64,000 nt of DNA from Mobula hypostoma (lineage: Eukaryota): assembly GCF_963921235.1 (NCBI RefSeq), contig NC_086097.1:174098001-174162000 (forward strand). Direction: 5' to 3'. The notes below the pieces were generated by a model. That model was not told the origin of the DNA and made no database searches. It was given only the letters and a program-made list of their open reading frames with translations. Shown here in pieces: positions 1 to 12,864 of the stretch (positions are counted from its first letter, which is position 1; each line of letters opens with the position of its first letter). The position numbers were made by a program, and so were the translations under genes.

Positions 1-525
1 TTAGAATGGTGGAACTGGGGAGAGGTTTTTTTTTAGTGAGGGACATTAAGGTTGGTCTTGGGTCTTTGGTTTGGCGTGAGATGAAGAGAGAAAACGCTGG
101 GGAGAACCGGTCGTAGGATATGACCTAGTGGGAGGCCCATTTGTTCAAGGTAGATTGCAAGTGACGCTCGGAAGGTGATGTGTGCTTTCACGCTGACCGA
201 GAGCCCAGCACATGAGTGACAGAGAAGTTCAAGGTGAGCTCCAACTTGTGCACATTTGACTGTTTAATTAAAATGAACTCTTTTCTTTTTGTTGTTCTTT
301 GCTAACCCATTAATTATGTTAAGATTCATGAATATAATTCCTTTAATTGAATGCAGTGTACTGTCAGTTATTTGGTGGCACTGAATTATAACAGGGTAGC
401 AAATGACACAGCATCCACACAAACTGGGGTTTGAGGTGGGAGAGCCAACTCAATCTCATGAGTTTGGCAGGACGGGAGAGTGTCTTCCCTAGACTTTCAC
501 AGCCAAGAAAACCAGGGGGGTTTCA
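1..525. mobile_element. Possible LTR fragment truncated by window start
   Basis: Non-coding, moderately GC-rich block ending ...aaaaccaggggggtttCA at 525, an LTR-like CA terminus. The other end is not visible. Confidence 0.3.
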
Positions 526-589
526 TTAGGCAAAAGAATCTGATTTGCTAACCAGCAATGAACTACGATATAAACAAGGATGTTATTGG

Positions 590-1006
590 CACTGGAGTGC
601 TTGAGTTTTAAGTGGAGGCTTGATAGGCTGGGACCTTTTTTCCCAGGAACGAAGAAGGTTGAGGAGTGACCTGTAGAGGTTTATAAAATCATGAGGGGAG
701 TAGATAAGACAGATGATCACAGTCTTTTTTCCCAGACAGGGAAGCCCAAAACTAAAGGCTATATGCTTAAGGTGAGAGGGGAAAATTTTCAAAAGTGTTG
801 AGGTTTTTTTTTCACACAGAGGATGTGGTGGAGGCTGGTACAATTAAATGCTAAAAAGAGATTTGGACAGGTACATGGAGTAGAAAGGCCAAGAGGGACA
901 TGGGCCAAATGGAGACCAATGGGACGATCCGAGATGAACATATTGGTTGACATGAAAGAGTTGGGTCTCAGAGCTTGTTTCTGTGCCACCTAACTCTATG
1001 ACTCAT
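590..1006 (+). mobile_element. CR1 LINE 3' fragment (degraded)
   Basis: Similar to the RLRGDLIEVYKI...LFP...KGKFFTQRVV C-terminus and 3' tail of other CR1 copies here; ends in a ctctatgactcatga tail. Confidence 0.75.
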
Positions 1007-1299
1007 GATCTTGAACCTTCCTCAATGAGCCAGTGGTGAAGAAATCATTATGTCAAGTTAAGATAAGAGAATTAAAAAATCATTGTTGGGTGGATATACT
1101 AAACAGGTGATACAGCTATTGGGTGTGTGTGTTGTACTTTATAAGTGAATCCCACTGAAATCAAGAACTGATAGTTGACACCAGGTGACATGGTAAAAGT
1201 AGTACAGCTCTCACCACAGAGATCGTTAGCTTGTGTGGGAAGTGATAAACTCTGTTGCTTTACTGCTGATCTCAAACATTTGAAAAAGATAAAGATTAG

Positions 1300-1576
1300 C
1301 TTTTCTGTGACATGTACATCGAAACATTGAAACACACAGTGAAATGTGTTGCTTTTGTCAAATCAAATAAACGAGATTGGGCCAGGCAAGTGTTGCACAC
1401 TTCTGGCACCAACATAGCATGCCCACAACTCATTAACCGTAACTGTACATTTGGAATGTGGCAGGAAACCCACAAAATCATGGTGATAATTTACAAACCC
1501 ATTACAGACAGCGCCAGATTGAGCCCTGATCTGTAATTGCTATAGAGTGATGAACTGATTGCTACACTACTGTGCC
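1300..1576 (-). mobile_element. tRNA-derived V-SINE (HE1-like), degraded
   Basis: Minus strand has a tRNA-like head (ggcacagtagtgtagc) followed by a V-domain-like gtgggtttcctgccacattccaaatg. Confidence 0.5.
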
Positions 1577-1597
1577 AACTGTTGTCCATTGACTTTG

Positions 1598-1745
1598 CTC
1601 ACAAAATTCTGGAGGAACCCAGCTGGTCAGGCAGCATCTATGGAAATGAATAAACAGTCAACGTTTTGGACCGAGACCCTTTATCAGTCCAGCATCTAGT
1701 GTGTATTGCTCTGGATTTCCAGCATCTGTAGGATCTCATATGCTT
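1598..1745. mobile_element. Short fold-back element derived from PLE 3' tail, with degenerate hammerhead
   Basis: Minus-strand copy of the PLE tail (ctgataaagggtctcggtccaaaacgttgactg) joined to a plus-strand tail end (ggatttccagcatctg). Confidence 0.65.
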
Positions 1746-2159
1746 ACAATGATAGTTCTGTCTCTAGATATTAATCTAGTAAATCAAAAGTTGAAGAATA
1801 ATTATTTCATGCTTGCAAATTGCCAGCAGTTTGCATATATTTAACATATTTAACACCATTAACCACCATCTACTTAATTCACCATCAAGGGTACATAAAA
1901 GTAGAGAAGGAGAAACAGGAGCATGAAGACCCTGAATGCTATGTACAAGATGAGGGAAAGGAATCTGGTTTGCACTTTACTGTCACTTGCTACCCTTTCA
2001 CTGTAACATTTATGATGCTTACACAACCTCCTCCATAAATTAAATTCATGCTCTGTCTTCATGATGCAAAAAATATTTATTTGTCATGAAGATCTGAAAT
2101 AAAAACTGAAAATATTTTAAGTACAATGCATTTGTCCTAATCTGAAAAAAAATGTTTTA

Positions 2160-2790
2160 TATAGAGTCATAGAGTTAAACAGCACTGAAACGAGCCCTTC
2201 AGCCAACTTATCCATGCTGACTGTGCCTTCCTGAACTAGACTCATTTGCCTTCATTTGCCCATATCTCTCTAAACCTTCCCTATCAATAAGCCTGCCAAA
2301 GTGTCTTTTAAATGTTGTAATTATAACCAACTCTACCACATCCTCAGTCAACTTGGTCCATTACCCACTACCCTTGGTATGAAAAACTTGCCCCTCAGCT
2401 TCTGTTCCCCTCTTATCTTAAATCTATGTCCTCTAATTTTAGAGTCCCCTAGGCTGGAAAAAGAGTGTAACAATCCCTATTATCAATGCCCCCCTCCATT
2501 TGAAAATCTCTATAAAGCTGTCCTAGCCTGTACAGTCCCTCCCCATAACACAAGCTTGCAACATCCCTGTGAATCTTTACTCTCTCTAGCTTAATCACAT
2601 AATTCCTGTTGTATGGTGACTAGAACTGCATACAGTACTCCAGGTGTGGTCTCACCAAAGACTTATACCACTGTTAACATGACTTCCAAACTCCTGTATT
2701 GAATGCCCCATCCGATGAAACCAAGTGTGCCATACGCATTCCTCAACACTTAGGTTACCTGTGTCGCCATTTTCAGGGAACTTCTGCAGG
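2160..2790 (-). mobile_element. CR1 LINE 3' fragment
   Basis: atagagtcatagag tail; reverse complement encodes RPHLEYC(M)QF-like CR1 ORF2 C-terminus. Confidence 0.75.
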
Positions 2791-3134
2791 TATTTGGGTG
2801 AGATCTTTGATAGGATTGTTAAGATCGGGGGAAATCATTTCCTATCTGCACAAATGATGATTAAACTCTCAAATAATCCTACAGTGTTTTTCATTTTTCC
2901 TTAAAAGGAATTTTGCCATCTCTCCTTCATCTGGCCAGACCACCTGATATTGGTGAGACTTAGTTCATGAACAATGCAGGTTGAATAGTAAGTAATGGCC
3001 TTGCCAGTAATGTTCAATTGCATGAATTAGTAAAGTATAAAATTAAAAGCATTATTTATTAGAATTCCAACTATCTGACACCCTTTGGATTTTGGTACTG
3101 CTGGACTAGCAGATTTTCCTGATTATTAGATCAA

Positions 3135-5418
3135 TAGAATCAGAAAAAATTACAGCACAGAAACAAGCCCATTGGCCCATCTAGTCTGTGCCAACCATTG
3201 AAACGGACGACTCCCTTTGGCTTGCTCTGGGACCATAGCCCTCCGTACACCTACCGTCCATGTACCTAGCTGAACTTCTCTTAAATGTTGAAATCAAACT
3301 TGCATGCACCACTTACGCTGGCAGCTCGATCCACACTCTCACGACCCTCTGAGTGAAGAAGTTTCCCCTCATGTTCCCTTTAAACTTTTCACCTTTCACC
3401 TTTAACCCATGACCTCTAGTTGTCATCCCATCCAACCTCAGTGGAAAAAGCCAGCTTGCAATTCCCGTATCTGTACTCCTCATAATTTTGTATACCTCTA
3501 TCAAATCTCCCCTCAATGTATTATGTTTCAAGGATTAAAGTTCTAACCTATTCAGTCTTTTCTTATAATCCAGTCCCTGCAACATTCTTGTAGGTTTTCT
3601 TTGTACTTTTTCAGCCTTATTTACATCTTTCCTCTAGGTAGGTAATCAAAACTGCACACAGTACACCACATTAGGCCTTACCAACATTATATACAACTTC
3701 AACACAACATCCTATCTCCTATACTCGATACTTTGATCTATGAGGGCCAATATGCCAAAAGCTTTCTTTATGACCTTAGCTACCTTTGATGCCACTTACA
3801 ATAAATTGTAGACCTGTATTCCCAGATCACTTCATTCTACAGTATCCTCAGTGCCCTTCTGTTCACTGTGTAAGACATACTCTGGTTGATCCTACATAAG
3901 TGCAACACCTTGCACTTGTCTGCATTAAATTCCATCAGCCACTTTTTCAGCCCATTTTTCAAGCTGGTCCAGGTCCCTCTGCAAGCTCTGATAGTCATCC
4001 TCACTGTCCACTACACGCCCAGTCTTGGTGTCATCCACAAATTTGCTGATCCAGTTAACTACATTATCGTCTAGATTGTTGATAAAGATGACAAACAACA
4101 ATGGACTCAGCACTGATCCCTGAGGTACTCCATTAGTCACAGGCCTCCACTCAGAGATGCAACCATCTACTACCACACTCTGACTTTTTGCACAAAGCAA
4201 CTATCTCATCGTGAATGCCTAGCAACTGAAACTTCTTGACCAACTCGCATGTGGTACCTTGTCAAATGCCTTGCTAAAATCCATATAGACAAATTCACTG
4301 CCTTGCCTTCATCAACTTTCCTGGTAACTTCCTTGAAAAACTCAGTAAGATTGCTTAGGCATGACCTACCATGCATGAAGCCATGCTGACTATTACTAAT
4401 CACTCCATGTTTTTCGAAATACTTATATAACCAGTCCCTTTCCAATAACTTTCCACTACTGTTGTCAGGCTCACTGCGCTATTTTCCTGGTTTATTTTGA
4501 GAGCCTTTCTTATAGAGTAGAACAACGTTGACTATCCTTTAATCCTCTGGTACATCTGCTGTGCTAAGGATGATTTAAATATCTCTGCTAGAGCCCTGCA
4601 ATTTTTGAATTTATCTCCCACAGGGTCCAAGGGAGCACTTTGTCAGGCCCTGGGGATTTATTTAACCGAATTTGTCTCAAGACAGCAAACACTACCAGTT
4701 CTGTAGTCTGTATAGGGTTTCTGAATTCCCAAGTAAATATAGATGCACAAAAGGCATTGAAGATCTTTTGGCTTCACACATGGATTACTATTCTGATCTT
4801 CCAGAGACCAATTTTGTCCCTTGCAAACCCCTTGCTCTTAACTTATCTGTAGAATCTCTCACCTTGACTGCTAAGCCAACCTCATGCCTCCTTCAGCCCT
4901 CCTGATTTCTTTCTTAAGTGTTCTCTTGCACTTCTTATACTCCATAAGTATCTCATTTGCTCCTACCTGTCTTTCTTGCTATGCAACTCCATTGATTTCT
5001 TAACCATGGCCTTACTACCTCTTGAAAATCAATGTTCTCTAAACTTGTTATCCTTGCCTTTTATTCTGACAGGCACATACAAGCTTTGCACTTTCAAAGT
5101 TTTACTTTTGAAGGTCTCCCACTTACCAAGTACAGCTTTGCCAGGAAACAACCTATCCCATTCCACACTTGCCAGATCCTTTCTGATACCATCAGAATTG
5201 GCTTTTCTCCAGTTTAGAATCTCAATCCATAGACCAGATTTTCCACATTTACTTTGAAACTAATGGCATTATGATCACTCAATCCAAAGTGTTCTCCTAC
5301 ACAAACTTCTGTCACTTGCCCTGTCTCATTCCTTAATAGCAGATCAAGTATTGCACACTCACTTGTTGAGACTTCTAAATAGTTATTAAGGAAACTTCCC
5401 TGAACACTTTTGAAAAAT
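3135..5418 (-). mobile_element. CR1 LINE ORF2 relic (endonuclease end plus RT)
   Basis: ORFs 3313-3531, 3925-4200 (GVPQGSVLSPLLF...FVDD), 4206-4445 (SQHGF..GRSCLSNL) and 5214-5453 (ILDLLL...SDHN); frameshifted. Confidence 0.9.
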
Positions 5419-5830
5419 AAACTCTTCTCAGGCTTCCAGGGGACAGGTATCAATTATAACTGATGTTTCAATGACAAACTCTGCCATCTTCATCAGGGAT
5501 GATGCCTGGGCATGTCCAGTCTGTCCTTCTTGATTGGTTAGTCCTCATCCAGTCAGATTTCTGTTCTCTCACCATGTTTACAATCAAATTCCAGTTCTTA
5601 CTTAGAACAAGACCTCATCTCTGTTAGAATTCTTTTTCATTAGTTTTATTTCAATGGCTTCCTTTACCGGGCAGTCCCAAAAGCCATTGTTTTATGCCAT
5701 CAACATCAATCTGAGGGATCCTGCTGTAGAATGTTGTAGGTGGCATCACCCAGAATCTGTTGGACTTTCCTGTCATTTTCCTCCAAGGACATCAGGACCA
5801 CTGTGGCTGGGTTTCGTCATTGTGCACCAC
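5419..5830 (-). mobile_element. PLE 3' remnant (Poseidon-like GIY-YIG C-terminus) with hammerhead motif
   Basis: Reverse complement reads ...VKEAIEIKLMKKNSNRDE..., then CTGATGA-A-gatggcagagtttgtcatt-GAAACATC at 5462-5496. Confidence 0.65.
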
Positions 5831-5834
5831 AAAA

Positions 5835-6268
5835 AACATTCTGTCTAGATGCATAACAGTTTGAAATGGTAACTGCTCTGCACATGACCACAAGAAGCAG
5901 CTGAGAGTTGTGGCACAGCTCAGCACATCATGGAAACCAGCTCCCCCTCTATGGACCCTGTTTATGTATTTCCTGATGCCTCAGTAAAGCAGCCAAAATA
6001 ATCAAAGCCTTGAAGCATATACCACCAGGCTCAGGGACAGCTTCTACCCCACAGTTATAAGAATAATAAATAGTTCCCCCATAAGACACAATGGACTCTT
6101 AACTGCACAGTCTATCTCTTTATAATCTTGCACTTCATTATTTGACTGCACAGCACTTTCTCATAGTTAGTGATACACTGTGTAATAAATTGATCTACCT
6201 ATATGAAGAGTATGCAAGACATACTTTTCACTGTATCTGTGACAATAATAAACCTATTCCAATTCCAG
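5835..6268 (+). mobile_element. Rex1/Babar LINE 3' fragment
   Basis: Similar to the Rex C-terminus seen at 9248-9538 and 33410-33753; aataataaacc tail. Confidence 0.55.
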
Positions 6269-6365
6269 TGAGCCTGTGAGTTTAAAGAGAGCAAGAAATA
6301 AACAGCAATCCAAACTTCAAACCTAGCCACAATTCTGCACACTTTCCTGACCTTAAGCCTGGCTG

Positions 6366-7299
6366 CAGCCAAACCCACAGCCCACAGTTCTAACCCCTGA
6401 TTGGCTGTACTTTGGATCCAAGTTTGATCCACACATCTCATTTGCAGTCTGAAACCCAGATCACATTCCGGACTAATGAGTGAGTCAGATGTCAAACCAT
6501 CACGATTTTTGAACAAGTGAAGTTTATTAGATTACTGAAGTTTTACTGTAATTGTTCCTCTCTCCTGAGCTGTTATTTTTCTTTCTCTCCAGGTACCTAT
6601 GTATAATTAAAATGAGAATTACCAGATGAAAGTAATACTGTGATGAGCTTCCAGGAATGGTAAACGATATCTACAAAAGTATGTCTAGAATGCACTGCCA
6701 GGGTGGTGGTAGAGGCTGGTGCACAAGGTACATTTTAGAGACTCTTAGATAGACACATGAATGTAAGAACAATAGAGAGTTATGGGCTGTGTGGGGGGAG
6801 GGGTTAGTTTGATCATGTGGTAGATTTACTGTATTCTGATTGGCATATCCTGGGCCTAAGGGCCTGTACTGTACTGTGCCGTGCTGTGCATGTTCTATGC
6901 CTTACTGGACATTACCTCAGAAATATTCTCTCTAGGTACAGCTGTGATGTTCTCCCCATTAACGACACAGTACCTCCACCTCTTTTACCTCCAGCTCAAT
7001 CATGTCTGTAGCATCTGCCACTGCATCAGTCTAATTTTGCTCTGCTCCTGAACAACTGCAGCACATGTTTGGTGATCTTCCATAGAGCTTTAGTAATATG
7101 CAATTTTAAAAGAGCTACAATGAAATGGCCTGCCATAACACAGCTCACAGACTTCTTTCTTGATCTGTATTATATGCACTATAAATAGAGGGTTAGTTGT
7201 TGAATCTTCTCTGTATTTGAGGACTGTCCTAGAAATGTGCTTATTTTTCCGATCAGTGACCTCCATCATTTAGGTTCCTAATGTTTATTTTTGTAATTT
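6366..7299 (+). repeat. Copy 1 of ~1 kb inverted duplication (partner 40251-41195)
   Basis: Continuous reverse-complement match including unique non-TE sequence; ORFs 6199-6516(-) and 41045-41245(+) are near-identical. Confidence 0.95.
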
Positions 7300-7944
7300 G
7301 ATGATTGCACTCAACTTTCAGGACATTTTTATGGCTCACGTACCCCTTATTCCACATGCATTTTAATGACTGAATTGTAAGGATTATGAATTATCCCCAC
7401 ATGCTTTGATGAAGAAATAAAAATAGCATTATCTTAATTCTTCAAAGATAAGGTTTTTTTTTTGTATTTTGTGGGACAAAATAACACCTCTCACATTGAG
7501 GAAGATGGAGACTATTTACAGGAATGTAAAAAAAATGGAAAAGTAAACTTAAATCATTACCAGAATATTATATACTTTAGGAAAACAGGGCCACAAAGTT
7601 TAGCTTCTGTTGCAAAGGTTGCCTTCATAGTGAAAAAATGAACAAATATTTACATTGTATTTTACAATATATCAAGATAGTCTAAAAACATGAGACAATT
7701 TGTCCATAAAAGAGTAAAGCATTTGTCCTCTCAAGCTTGCTCTACCATTAGTAGAATCTCAGCTCATCCCACATTGCTCAGCTCCATGTTCCTGTACTTT
7801 CCTTGTATTGTCCTTTTTATTATGTCTTATCCTTTAAATACCATCAAAGGTTCTTCCCCTACAGATTTCTGCAATAAGGATTTCCAAAGACTTGAAATCC
7901 CTCTAAGAGCCAAAATTCTTCCTACTCTCAGTCTTGAAAGGACA

Positions 7945-8660
7945 CCTTCAGCCCAACTCAATTATGTAGATCAAGTTGCTTGTCTGAGCTAGTCCCATGT
8001 GCCTGCATTTGACCCATATCCTCTTAAATCTTTCCTATCCATTTATCTATTTGAAAGTCTTTAAAATGTTGTAATTATACCCACCTCTACCCCTTCCTCC
8101 GGCAGCTCATTCCAAATATTAACTACACGCTGTGTAAAGAAATTCCTCATTAAGTCTTTCGCATATCTCACTTTAAATCTTTGCCCTCTAGTTTTAGATT
8201 TTCCTAACCTGTGAAAAAGACTGGCATTCACCTTATCTCTCCTTCCTATGGTTCTATAAATTGCTATAAGGTCACTCCTCTGCCTACTTCACTCCAAGGA
8301 AAAATGGCTCCAGTCTATCCAGCCTCTCTTCATAAATCCAGCCCTCCAGTCCCATCAACATTCTTCTCAATTTTCCTGCACTCTCTCTAGCTTAATCACA
8401 CTGTTCCTACCATATGCCTACTAGAACTGTACACAATGTTCCAGCTGCAGTCTCACTATTGAGTGAAACGACTGCTCTAACCCTTATACTCAGTGTCCTA
8501 TTTGATGAAAGTAAGCAGGTCATATGTCTTCTTCATATGTCACCACTTTGAGGGAAATATGTACTTGTACCACTCGGTCTCTCTGTTCTACAACACTGTC
8601 CAAGACTTTGCCTTTTACTGTGTAAGCCTGCTCTTGTTTAACTTACCAAATTACAACACT
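7945..8660 (-). mobile_element. CR1 LINE 3' fragment, degraded
   Basis: Same 3' UTR/ORF2 C-terminal pattern as 2160-2790. Confidence 0.7.
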
Positions 8661-9051
8661 TCCCACTTGTCTGAGTTGAATTCCATCTGTCATCGCTTGA
8701 CCCATTTTCTCAGATGATCTCTTGTAATCATCCCTTTCCTTGCTATTTTGCCCTCATAGTTTACTTCCTCTTACTTTAATATCTTGGATTATGAATTTAT
8801 CCTGGTCTTTAGGTCTACCATTAACTTTCACTTCTTTATGCCTTTTCTCTTTCAATTTAATACCCTCCTTAATTTCCATATTTAGCTATGGTTGATTCAT
8901 TCCTTCCTTTGAAATTTTTCCTCCATACTGAGGTATATTTTGTTGAGTGTCATATCTCCTTAAATGTTTGCTTTGCTTTTCTCCTGATTACTTTTAGAGT
9001 CATAATGTTAGAAAGTGTAGCAGCCCCATAAACAATAATAAATGTAATTTA

Positions 9052-10590
9052 TCAGAATCAGAATTGGACTCATTATCACAGTTTCATATGACACAAAATT
9101 TGTTGCTTTGTGGAGTACAAAGGTATAAAATTACAATAAATTACAAAATAAATAAATAATGCAAAAAAGGGATAATGAAGTAATGTTCATGGACAATTAC
9201 ACAGCCATTAGAAATCTGATGGTGGAGGGGAAGAAGTTGTTTATGGATTACTGAATGTGGGTTTTCAGCCTCCTATACTTCCTCCCTGATGCTAGTAATA
9301 AGAAGAGGGCATGACCTGGATGATGAGGGCCTTTATTGATGGATACTGCCTTCCTGAGGCATTGTCTCTTGAAGATGTCTTTGAAGGTTGTGGCTATGAT
9401 GGAGCTGGCTGAGCCTACAACCCTCTGTAGCCTCTTATAATCCTGTGCATCAGAGCGTCCATACCAGGCTGTGATGCCAACAATCAGAATGCTCTGCATT
9501 GTACATCCATAGACATTTGCAAGGGCCTTTGATGCCATCTCAAATCTCCTCCAGCTCCTAATGAGACAGAGCTGCTAGTGTGCCTTCTTCATGATTCCTT
9601 TACTGTGCTGGGCCCAAATTCATGATGGTTTCCTTGGTTTTGCTGATGTTGAGTGCAAAGCTGTTGTTGTGACACCACTCAACTGCCTGATATACTATGT
9701 GACCTGTACCCCTCTTCATCAGCGTCTGAGATTTTGACAGAGGAGTCATCAGTGAATTTACAGATAGTGTTTGGCACACAGTCATGAATGAGGAGAGTGG
9801 AGCAATGGGTTAAGTACCCAGTCTCGAGGTATGCCTGCGTTGATTGTCAACCAGGAGGAGATGTTGTTACTGATCTGTCTCCCAATGAGGAAGTCAAGGA
9901 TCCTGATGCAGAGGCCTGTGTTTAGAAGCTTGATTAATACTGAGGGGTGATAATATTGAACACTGAGCTGTAATTGATAAATCAGCCTGCTGTATATTTT
10001 GCTGTTGTCTAGGTGCTCCTAAGTGATAATGCATCCAGCTTAGACCTGATGTGGCAGTAGGTGAATTGCAGTATGTACAGGTCCTTGCTAAGGCAAGAGT
10101 TAATTCTGACTATAAACACCCTCTCAGAGCACTTCATTACAGTAGATGTGAGTGCTACCAAGTGATAGTCATTGAGGCAGCTCATTCTGCTCTTCCTGGG
10201 AATTGGCATGATTGGCCCTTTGAAGCAGGTGGGAACTTCAGACCTTGGTACTGAGCAGATCAAGATTGGCTTGAACACTCCAGCCAGTTGGTTGGTACAG
10301 TTTTTCAGTACCTGGTATACAATTGGGATGGTTGATGTTCTGACATTGGACTCCAAGACAGAGATCACAGATTTGCCAGGTGCTGTGGGGATTTTCACGG
10401 GAGTAATGTTACTCTCTCTTCCAAAGTGTGTACAAAAGTCATGGAGCTCACTGGGGAGTGAAGCATCACTGCCAAATATGCTGTTAGGTTTTGCCTTATA
10501 GGAATAATAGCATGCAAGCCCTGCCACAGCTCTCATGCTTCCGATTGTGTATCTAATTCCACACAGAACTGCCTTTTTTGCTCTCATGAA
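9052..10590 (-). mobile_element. Rex1/Babar LINE relic
   Basis: ORF 10009-10587 (LNDYHLVALTSTVMKC), 9600-9785 (WCHNNSFALNISKTKE), 9248-9538 (ITAWYG...LQRVV...HPGHALF); atcagaatcagaat tail. Confidence 0.85.
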
Positions 10591-11614
10591 ATATAACGTT
10601 TTCTTGTTCTAATTATAGTAGAAGCTTGGTTCCATGTTTTAGTCATGGGCCAATACCAAAGCAGAATCCAGGTCAACTCTTTATTAAACTGTATATTTGA
10701 CTGCATGAATTTGTTTCTTTACAGAATGCTGGTTGAAGAATAAATGATAAATAATCTTGGTAGTACAAAACAGTGCTGTCATATTGCAATGCAATGTGGA
10801 GTGATAAGACGTAGCTTCCTGACTATTGTTTTCAATATTTTGAACCTCTGGTATTCAGGTTGCTGCTATATGCTCTACTTAATATTTGTTATTTGACAGG
10901 ACTTGATTTCTTCACCGACAGCATATGACTTTGCTCCACTGTCTTTCTCTATCACCATGCTGAATACCCTTCCAAACGACCTCATCTTCCAATTCACATC
11001 TACATCCAATTTCCCCTCCCCTCCCAGTCAAGCATGTTACCATCCCCCAGAAACAATTTAAAATTCAATACTCTCAGAGGATGATCATTTCCTGAATTTT
11101 CTGTATCTATTTCAGATTTTCAGAATCCACATCATTTGCCCTTGATAATTTCAAATAATGATTTAGCTTCAACCATTAATACATCCTCTATAAAATTATT
11201 ATGTCTTTATTTGTCACTTATTCCTTTTCGTAATTTAACCTCTCTAGCCTTCAACCCTAACTTCACATTTCCCTTTTGTTTTCACCTCTCAATCTTGAAA
11301 CTGCTTTCCTAATACTGTTAAAGGAATCAAAATGTTCCAAGTGAAGAATGATACCAACCTACTGCATATTTTTGCTGTTTCAGATATCACATAAGTTCAT
11401 TTTCCCTGCAATCACATCTTCTACATCTCTCCTATAGATGCAGACCCTCATGATTCCATTATTTCCTGCAGTTCCATGACCCTTACACTCAGTGGGCCCT
11501 TCCACACATTGCTAATTTGCCTGAGACTTCCAAAAATGGAAGTATCCTGGATGGTGTTGTGACCTGGGGAGAAAAGGGAAAGGTAGGGTATTAAAAGAAA
11601 ATTCTTGAAATGTT

Positions 11615-11855
11615 GTTTGAATAGTTATTGAAATATCATTCCTGGCGATAAAAGTTGACAAAAATCATCCAATCGGGTAGAGATGATCCTATTTCCCTTC
11701 ACATAACCACGTTTTCTTTTTTAATATGCTTTAGTTTGAATAGTTATTGAAATACCATTCCTGGCAATAAAGATTGACAAAAATCATCCAATCGGGTAGA
11801 GATGATCCTATTTCCCTTTCTACAATCACGTCTTTCTTTTTAGTAATGCTTTAGT
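11615..11855 (+). repeat. Tandem duplication, 2 x ~119 bp, each unit with CCAAT
   Basis: gtttgaatagttattgaaata...catccaatcgggtagagatgatcctatttccc...atgctttag at 11615 and 11734. Confidence 0.95.
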
Positions 11856-12009
11856 AAGACTTTGGTTACAAAATACACAATTCATTCCTGCATCATTTCC
11901 TCCAAACCCCAAACCGTAAATAAACCATAAACATGTCATCTGATCCCAGAATCCTTCATTCTGGTCTGACATTCCCAACCACGATGATCCTGCTGGGCTG
12001 AAATTGATT

Positions 12010-12300
12010 GACAGGCCGCTGTAGCCAAAGAAGTGGCGCAAAGGCAGCTGGTGAGCCATTGGCGTAGAAGGTGGGCGGCCACCACAGCAGCTGGCCGTGG
12101 TGACGTTGGGCAGGCTGGGTAGTGACCGTGTGCCGCGAGGACGCGGGTTTGAAAGGGGGCCGTTGTTACGGCCGAGCCCAACCGTTTGCCCGATTTAAAT
12201 CGCTGCAATGGATCCGCCGGCGCCAAAAAGGTAGTGACCTTCCCCCTGGCTGGGAGACGCGGGGAGAGGAGGGGGGCGAGCCCTGGCATCTGACGGGTGC
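12010..12300 (+). promoter_or_regulatory. CpG-island promoter with CCAAT, GC box, CHR and E2F motifs
   Basis: Only CpG-rich non-TE stretch seen. ATTGG 12058-12062, GGGCGG 12073-12078, TGACGT 12101-12106, TTTGAA 12148-12153 after a GC-rich run, TTTAAA 12194-12199, GCGCCAAA 12220-12227. Confidence 0.7.
12208..12230 (+). CDS. Candidate first coding exon of unidentified gene (MDPPAPK, phase 2)
   Basis: Strong Kozak gcaATGG in the CpG island; AAG|gtagtg donor (moderate). Confidence 0.4.
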
Positions 12301-12591
12301 TTGTAGGAAGAAAAACTTGCCTAGAATTCCAGCAATCACAGACAAGTTGTGGTTTTGTTTTTGCTCTCCACTTTATTTCCGTCTGGCTTTTTTTTTCACG
12401 ATTGTTATAGAGACCAGTTTCTGATTTGAATATTGCTTAAAACGCTCATTATTTAAAAACATTATTCAAATATAAATGATCATTATTTTGAACAAAGCTG
12501 AATTAGACAAAATCAATATTTGAAATACGTAGAAATAATCATTTTTAAGGCTAAAATAGAAACTTTTAAAAATAGTCATTAATTTAAGTAG

Positions 12592-12864
12592 TGTGGCATG
12601 TGGCCAAGTGGTTAGGGCATTGGACTAGTGATCTGAAGGTCATCGTGGTTTTGAGCCCTGGTCAAGGCAGCGTGTGTGTCCTTGAGGAAGGCACTTAACC
12701 ACACAATGCTCCAGTCTACCCAGCTGAGAATGGGTACCGGCAAAAATGCTGGGGGTTAACCTCGCGATAGACTGGCGTCCTAGCCTGGGGGAAGTCTCGT
12801 ACTCTCAGTCGCTTCATGCCACGGAAACCGGCATAATGGGCCACAAGGTTCATGACAGACCTTA
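12592..12864 (+). mobile_element. tRNA-derived SINE with CORE-like and Nin-like segments, 14-bp TSD
   Basis: A box tggccaagtgg, B-box-like ggttttgagccc, CORE-like tgtgtccttgaggaaggcacttaacc; TSD attaatttaagtag at 12578-12591 and 12865-12878. Confidence 0.85.

Noticed and set aside
11826..12424. Three overlapping ORFs across the CpG island
   Set aside because: Expected from high GC content; non-ATG starts; no recognisable domains.
12592..12670. tRNA gene
   Set aside because: It is a SINE head: no full cloverleaf, and it is followed by a SINE body and flanked by a TSD.
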